Shown here piece by piece: positions 17,009 to 20,921 of a stretch of DNA of 20,921 nucleotides; the first letter of the stretch is position 1; each line of letters opens with the position of its first letter. This stretch comes from Archangium sp. (GTDB taxonomy: Bacteria; Myxococcota; Myxococcia; Myxococcales; Myxococcaceae). The DNA lies in NCBI GenBank assembly GCA_031367385.1, contig JANLPS010000267.1:1-20921 (forward strand), in the 5' to 3' direction. The position numbers and the translations under genes were made by a program. The notes beneath the pieces were generated by a model. The model searched no databases and was not told where the DNA came from. It saw nothing but the letters and a program-made list of their open reading frames with translations.

Positions 17009-18642
17009 GGCGTGTGCTCGGCCGCCCAGACGGCGAGCTTTTCTCGCTCGATTTTCGCGTTGTGCCGGGCATCGACGGGGAAGGCGCCTTCGTAGATTTG
17101 AAAAGAACGCAGCGCACCCGTCTCGACGTGGCGCGCGGCCATCGCTTTGAGCTCGGTGATGAGCTGAGCGTGGGTCAACGGCATTTCAGGCTCGCGCTCG
17201 ATCAGCACGCGGGGCACTTGCTGGCCACGTTCGCCGACGCCGACGAGGGCCGTGCGCTTGACCGCCGGGTGCTGGTTGAAGATCTCTTCGATCGGCACGG
17301 TGAACAAGGTGCCTTCGCTGGTGACGACCCGGTGGTTCTTGCGCCCGCACATCCACACCCGGCCGGTCTCGTCGAGGTAGCCGACGTCGCCCATGCGGTG
17401 CACGACGTCGCCGCCTTCACGAATCTTGGCCAAGGCCGTCTGCGCGGGGCGGGCGTAGTACTCGCGTGTGACGACGGGGCCGCTGACGGCGATCTCCCCG
17501 ATCTGGCCTTCGGGCACGAGCAGGTCGTCTGACCAGACCTCGATCGGTTCGTCGGAGATGCGAATGATTCGCACCTTGGTGCCTTCGACAGGCTTGCCGA
17601 CGCAGACGCCTCGACCCGACGCTGCACCGAGGGCGGTGTCGGCCAGCACCTCTTTGCTGCCGATGCTGGCGACGGGCAGGGCCTCGGTGGCTCCGAAAGG
17701 GGTGAAGACCTGCGCGCCGGGCGGGAGCATCGCGGTCATTCGGGTCAACACGTCGTTGCGAACGGGCGCGCCAGAGGACAGCACCCGTTTGATCGTCGGC
17801 AAGGTGACCGAGTGCTCGACGCCATAGCGGCTCAGGTTGTCGAGGAGGGCGGGCGAGCCGAACATCATCGTGCACCCATTGGCGGTGATCGCTTCGATGA
17901 GCTTCGCGGGTGACGCGGTGCCGGGGGCGCGAAAGTCCATCTCCGGGAGCACGGCGGTCATGCCCAGCGCGGGGTCGAAGAGCGCGAACAGGGGGAAGGT
18001 TGGCAGGTCGATTTCACCAGGGCGAATGTCGTAGGTGCTGCGAATCATGCGCACCTGAGCGTCGAACATCTCATGGGTGTAGACGACGCCTTTGGGTATG
18101 CCGGTCGAGCCAGAGGTGAAGAGAATCGCCGCGGTTTGATTCGGGCCGGGCTCGGCCATGACGTACGGGCTGCTCGAGCTGCCGAGGGCGAGCACGTGTT
18201 GGGCGGTGTGGCCGCCCCAGAGCCAGCGACGCCCGACGGTGACGAGTGCGCTGACCTTGCGAAACGGCCGGGGGAAGAGGACACGCGCGAGGTGCGCGGC
18301 GGGTACGCCGATGAAGGCTTCTGGCTCGACCTCGTCGAGACACGAGAGCAATGCGCGCCGCCCGATGCCGGGGTCGATCATCACGATCACCGCGCCAGCC
18401 TTGAACAAGCCGAACACCAAGGGAAAAAAGTCGAGGCTTGGCGGCACCATCAGCACGGTGCGCTTGCCTCGGGTGATGCCGATGCGCTCGAGCCCGCGGG
18501 CGTAGGCGTCGCTCTGGGCGTCGAGCTGCTCGAAGGTGATCGACCGCCAGCCACCGAACCCGTCGGGCGCCACGATCGCCTTTCGAGTCGGCTCGAGCCT
18601 GGCCATCGCTGGTACGTGCGAAGCGATGTTCGCGCTGGTCAT
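17005..18642 (-). CDS. oleC: Olefin beta-lactone synthetase OleC (ANL adenylating enzyme)
   Basis: FTSGSTGIPKG, PFGATE, HRMGDVGY, the OleC-typical DLPTFPLFALF and C-terminal PVDARHNAKI, plus operon position. Confidence 0.92.
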   Translation of the reverse strand: MTSANIASHVPAMARLEPTRKAIVAPDGFGGWRSITFEQLDAQSDAYARGLERIGITRGKRTVLMVPPSLDFFPLVFGLFKAGAVIVMIDPGIGRRALLSCLDEVEPEAFIGVPAAHLARVLFPRPFRKVSALVTVGRRWLWGGHTAQHVLALGSSSSPYVMAEPGPNQTAAILFTSGSTGIPKGVVYTHEMFDAQVRMIRSTYDIRPGEIDLPTFPLFALFDPALGMTAVLPEMDFRAPGTASPAKLIEAITANGCTMMFGSPALLDNLSRYGVEHSVTLPTIKRVLSSGAPVRNDVLTRMTAMLPPGAQVFTPFGATEALPVASIGSKEVLADTALGAASGRGVCVGKPVEGTKVRIIRISDEPIEVWSDDLLVPEGQIGEIAVSGPVVTREYYARPAQTALAKIREGGDVVHRMGDVGYLDETGRVWMCGRKNHRVVTSEGTLFTVPIEEIFNQHPAVKRTALVGVGERGQQVPRVLIEREPEMPLTHAQLITELKAMAARHVETGALRSFQIYEGAFPVDARHNAKIEREKLAVWAAEHTP

Positions 18643-19571
18643 GAAGGGTTGAGTGGGTTCGCTTTGAGAAAGTCACGAATGAGCGGCAAGATTTCTTCGT
18701 GCGCGTCTTCGAGCACGTAGTGCCCCGCGTCGTCGAAGGTGTGCACGGTGGCGTTCGGTAGGCGGCGCCTCCACTCAGCGAGAAATGCGTCATCGAAGAC
18801 GAAGTCTTTGCGGCCCCAGCAAATCATGATCGGCAGCTTCGAGAATTGGCCGAGCTTCTGCGAGACCTCGTGCACCGTCGGCCAGCTCGGGTCACCCGGC
18901 TTGAGGGGTATGTCTTCGACGAACCGCTGCACCGCGATGCGATGGGCCCACGAGTCGTAGGGGGCGAGGTACGCCTTTTTGACGAGCTCGGTCATGCGCC
19001 CCGGGCGGGTCGAGCAGGTGATGTTCGCGCCCCGGCTGAACGCGTTGAGCCCGCGAACGGGGAACGAGAAGAACGGCAGGTGCCGCACGACGGCGATCTG
19101 CCAGGGGAGCTTGCGGCCCTCGGGCAGCCCGAAGCCTGCGGTGTTGAGCACCACGATGCGCTTGATTCGCTCGGGGTAGCGGGTGGCGAAGGCCATGCCG
19201 ATCATGCCGCCCCAGTCGTGCACGATGAGGGTGATGTTGGCACTCACGCCGAGGTGGGCGAGCAGCGCATCGAGGTCGTCGACCCGCTGCTTGAGAACAT
19301 AGTCATACTTATCATCGTCGGGCTTATCACTGAGCCCGCAGCCGACATGGTCGGGCACGATGGTGCGGTAGCTGCCGCTGAGGCCCTTGATCAGGTTGCG
19401 CCAGTAGAACGACCACGTGGGGTTGCCGTGCAGCATGACCAGCACTTCGCCCCGGCCCTCGTCGAGGTAGTGCATGCGAACGCCGTCGCGAACCTCGAGG
19501 TGGTGGCCCTGCCACGGGTAGAGCTCACGGTACGGCGTCACGTCGAAGGTATCTTTGGTTATTGTCGTCAT
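18639..19571 (-). CDS. oleB: Beta-lactone decarboxylase OleB (haloalkane dehalogenase-like alpha/beta hydrolase)
   Basis: HGNPTWSF, VHDWGG (Asp nucleophile) and AGHYVLED, between oleA and oleC. Start at ATG 19571 or in-frame GTG 19580 overlapping the oleA stop. Confidence 0.9.
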   Translation of the reverse strand: MTTITKDTFDVTPYRELYPWQGHHLEVRDGVRMHYLDEGRGEVLVMLHGNPTWSFYWRNLIKGLSGSYRTIVPDHVGCGLSDKPDDDKYDYVLKQRVDDLDALLAHLGVSANITLIVHDWGGMIGMAFATRYPERIKRIVVLNTAGFGLPEGRKLPWQIAVVRHLPFFSFPVRGLNAFSRGANITCSTRPGRMTELVKKAYLAPYDSWAHRIAVQRFVEDIPLKPGDPSWPTVHEVSQKLGQFSKLPIMICWGRKDFVFDDAFLAEWRRRLPNATVHTFDDAGHYVLEDAHEEILPLIRDFLKANPLNPS

Positions 19572-19576
19572 GATTA

Positions 19577-20617
19577 TCACCACTGAATGCCGAGCATCAG
19601 GCAGTTGAGCCCGCTGCCGATGCCAAGAAAGGCAACCCGGTCGCCGGCCTTGAAGAATTGGGCCTCGGCGGCGCGGGCGGCAGTGAGGGGCACCGAGACG
19701 GTGCCGATGTTGCCGAGCTTCTCGAAGGTCGAAAAGTCTCGAGCCTGGTCGATGCCGAGGGTCGAGAGCACCTCTCGGCGGTGACCCGAGCCGACCTGGT
19801 GGCAGATGACGCGGTCGACGTCTCCGGTTTGCCAGCCGGTGGTGTCGAGAAAACGTCGCCAGGTTCGCTGACCGAGCTCGACGCCGTGCTCCAGCACCGC
19901 AGAGGCGTCGGTGTCCATCACGTTGGGGGTCTCGCCGAGCAGGCCTCGCGCGGGGCCCCATCGGCAGATTCGGTGGTGCTCTGGGGCGCTCTGCGCGGCG
20001 GCGGCGATCAATCGGTGCTCCGAGTCAGAGAACCCGACCTGCGTGAGCACGACCGCGACCGCGCCAGAGCCTCCGGTCATCGTCGCGAGGCCGAGGCGGT
20101 AGCGCTCGAGCGTGGGGTCGGCGTTGAGGCGGGCAATGGTGGCCTCGACGATCTCGCGAGAGCTCTCAGACGCGACGATCAAACCAGCGCGCATCTGGCC
20201 GAGCTCGATGCGATTGGCGATCTCGACCATGCCGTTGAGCACACCGAGGCAGGCATTGGAGACATCGAAGATCAGCGCATCAGGCCCGGTGCCGATGGCC
20301 TCCGCGACGGTGCAGGCCGTGGCGGGCTCGAGGTTATCGCGACAGACCCCGGCGTAGACGACGGCGCCCAGCTCAGATGCGGGTACTCCACTGGCAGCGA
20401 GGGCCTTCTTGGCCGCCAGGGCAGCGCAGTCACCCATCTTCGACCCCACAGGCCACACCCGGCGCTCGCGAATGCCGGTCAGCGACTCGATTTGCCCGGG
20501 GTCTAAGCGCAGCGCCGAGTAGAGCGGGGCCAGGCGAGCCTCGAGGCTCGGTGTCGACACTTTTTCGTCGGGCAGCGCGTAGGCGATGGCCTCGAGGCAA
20601 ACCCTGGTCCACCTCAT
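19577..20617 (-). CDS. oleA: Acyl-CoA:acyl-CoA alkyltransferase OleA (thiolase/KAS III fold)
   Basis: LEPATA (catalytic Glu), SNACLG (Cys), ICHQVG (His), GNIG (Asn) and LGIGSGLNC. Confidence 0.93.
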   Translation of the reverse strand: MRWTRVCLEAIAYALPDEKVSTPSLEARLAPLYSALRLDPGQIESLTGIRERRVWPVGSKMGDCAALAAKKALAASGVPASELGAVVYAGVCRDNLEPATACTVAEAIGTGPDALIFDVSNACLGVLNGMVEIANRIELGQMRAGLIVASESSREIVEATIARLNADPTLERYRLGLATMTGGSGAVAVVLTQVGFSDSEHRLIAAAAQSAPEHHRICRWGPARGLLGETPNVMDTDASAVLEHGVELGQRTWRRFLDTTGWQTGDVDRVICHQVGSGHRREVLSTLGIDQARDFSTFEKLGNIGTVSVPLTAARAAEAQFFKAGDRVAFLGIGSGLNCLMLGIQW

Positions 20618-20921
20618 GGGTGCGCCTCATCGGCGACCAGCCGCAGAGAGAAGTTGGTCATCGAGTAGATGACCCGACCGTCGACGCTGAGCAGGCCATC
20701 GGCGACGATCAGCTGGTCATCGACGTGGGTCACGGTCGCCTGAACCTGAACGAGCCCATTGGTCGGCACGACCTGCCCGCGGTACTGCCACTTGTGCTCG
20801 CGGCCCAGGGCCATGGTCTCGAAGCGGTGGGTGCCTGACAACCGGCCGAAGCGCTCGCGGGCGAAGACCTTCATCAGCTGCAGCATGGCCTCGAGGCCCA
20901 GCGAGCCCGGCATCACCGGGT
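20614..20921 (-). CDS. 3' end of a protein ending in a FabA-like hot-dog dehydratase domain, probably a PUFA synthase PfaC/Pfa3-like subunit (partial)
   Basis: Frame open to the window edge: PVMPGSLGLEAMLQL...WQYRGQVVP...ADGLLSVDGRVIY, resembling the second DH domain of PfaC-type proteins. ATGA overlap with oleA. Confidence 0.7.
   Translation of the reverse strand, partial: PVMPGSLGLEAMLQLMKVFARERFGRLSGTHRFETMALGREHKWQYRGQVVPTNGLVQVQATVTHVDDQLIVADGLLSVDGRVIYSMTNFSLRLVADEAHP

Noticed and set aside
18639..19571. Haloalkane dehalogenase
   Set aside because: The fold matches, but the position between oleA and oleC identifies it as OleB. The ORF-track extension to 19961 overlaps oleA and is spurious.
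16004..20617. Beta-lactone natural product cluster (lipstatin/ebelactone type)
   Set aside because: An intact OleB decarboxylase is present, which favours conversion of the beta-lactone to an olefin.

Overview
GC-rich, densely coding bacterial window. The gene content (FHA-domain sigma-54 activator, membrane Ser/Thr kinase, DUF1592/DUF1552 pair) points to Myxococcota, which is an inference. From left to right: the N-terminus of a membrane protein running off the left edge, an exported MsrA, an AlkB-like 2OG-Fe(II) oxygenase, and a signalling block (FHA/degenerate-GGDEF sigma-54 enhancer-binding protein, a small internally duplicated membrane protein with its own sigma-54 promoter and palindromic enhancer, a Ser/Thr kinase with a long Gly/Ala repeat stalk, and a beta-helix-like protein whose signal peptide is out of frame). 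Next come a Gre-like factor with a short coiled coil, a sigma-54-preceded DUF1592(CxxCH)/DUF1552 pair, a tandem ArsA/Get3-type ATPase pair with reciprocally degenerate Walker A motifs, a 4'-phosphopantetheinyl transferase and a gluzincin peptidase. The window ends with a complete oleABCD olefin operon, translationally coupled to an upstream gene that ends in a PUFA-synthase-type FabA-like dehydratase domain. The best candidates for undescribed systems are (1) the Pfa-like/oleABCD/PPTase(/ATPase pair) lipid-hydrocarbon locus and (2) the self-contained kinase -> FHA-EBP -> sigma-54 promoter -> membrane protein circuit. No RNA genes, CRISPR arrays or mobile elements were seen.
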